A DNA stretch of 64,000 nt from Podarcis pityusensis. Its lineage: Eukaryota. The notes beneath the pieces are model-generated. The model searched no databases, had not been told where the DNA came from, and saw nothing but the letters and a program-made list of their open reading frames with translations. This document shows, one piece after another, positions 63,684-64,000 of this stretch (positions are counted from its first letter, which is position 1; each line of letters starts with the position of its first letter). Position numbers and translations under genes: made by a program. The stretch lies in the NCBI GenBank assembly GCA_964106645.2, contig OZ067039.1; one strand, written 5' to 3'.

Positions 63684-63855
63684 CTTGCAAGAAACCATCC
63701 TCCAAGAATGAGGGTTCAAGAGCTTTTTGGGGTGTGCAGGATGCCTCCTCTTCAGCATGGGACCCCTCTTCTTCTACAGCCACACTTGGCTTGGCCCATG
63801 CCCTCCGGCGCTCCCACGAAGAGTGGCTCAGCCAGGAGGTGAAGTTGTTGTCCAT
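63684..63855 (-). CDS. TESPA1: TESPA1 coding exon 1 (MDNNFTSWLSHSSWERRRAWAKPS...LEDGFLQG)
   Basis: SWERRRAW N-terminal motif of the TESPA1/ITPRID family; acceptor ttccctag (exon starts 63868), donor AG|gtgggg, phase 1. Confidence 0.88.
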
Positions 63856-64000
63856 AACTGGCAAGACCCTAGGGAAGAACAAAATGTTGGGGTGCTGAGG
63901 TCATAGGATGCTCAGCTTTGTAGCAGTTATCAATCTTCTCCACTTGGGGCAGTTTTGAGTTACTTGACTGCCTTTTCATATCCTGGGTAAGGAGTTTCTC

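Overview
Vertebrate genomic DNA, almost certainly a squamate lizard (Sauria SINE, CR1 with (ATTCTATG)n tails, Penelope termini). Two genes are recognisable, both on the minus strand: NEUROD4 (single coding exon 2979-3974) and TESPA1 (8 coding exons, 63855 to 45986). Between them I reconstruct two small head-to-head multi-exon genes that the ORF track does not show: gene A (minus, ~37227 to 28050, 90 aa) and gene B (plus, 39585 to ~42290, 84-100 aa). Each has a signal-peptide exon, short Ser/Thr/Pro-rich phase-1 exons and an amphipathic-helix exon. Their architecture and their position/orientation next to TESPA1 match, from recall, the dermcidin/lacritin/MUCL1/GLYCAM1 cluster known from mammals. 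They are therefore candidate reptilian members of that secreted gland/defence-peptide family; this is inference and no search was run. One mucin-like exon of gene A appears to have been duplicated as part of a ~247-bp target-site duplication around an L1 insertion. The first coding intron of TESPA1 holds a near-complete Tf1/sushi-type chromoviral Gypsy element with a self-priming PBS, a GGGAAAC -1 frameshift plus pseudoknot, and pol reading into the 3' LTR; a young CR1 is nested in its 5' LTR. The rest is LINEs, SINEs, MITEs and microsatellites, plus one 175-N gap.
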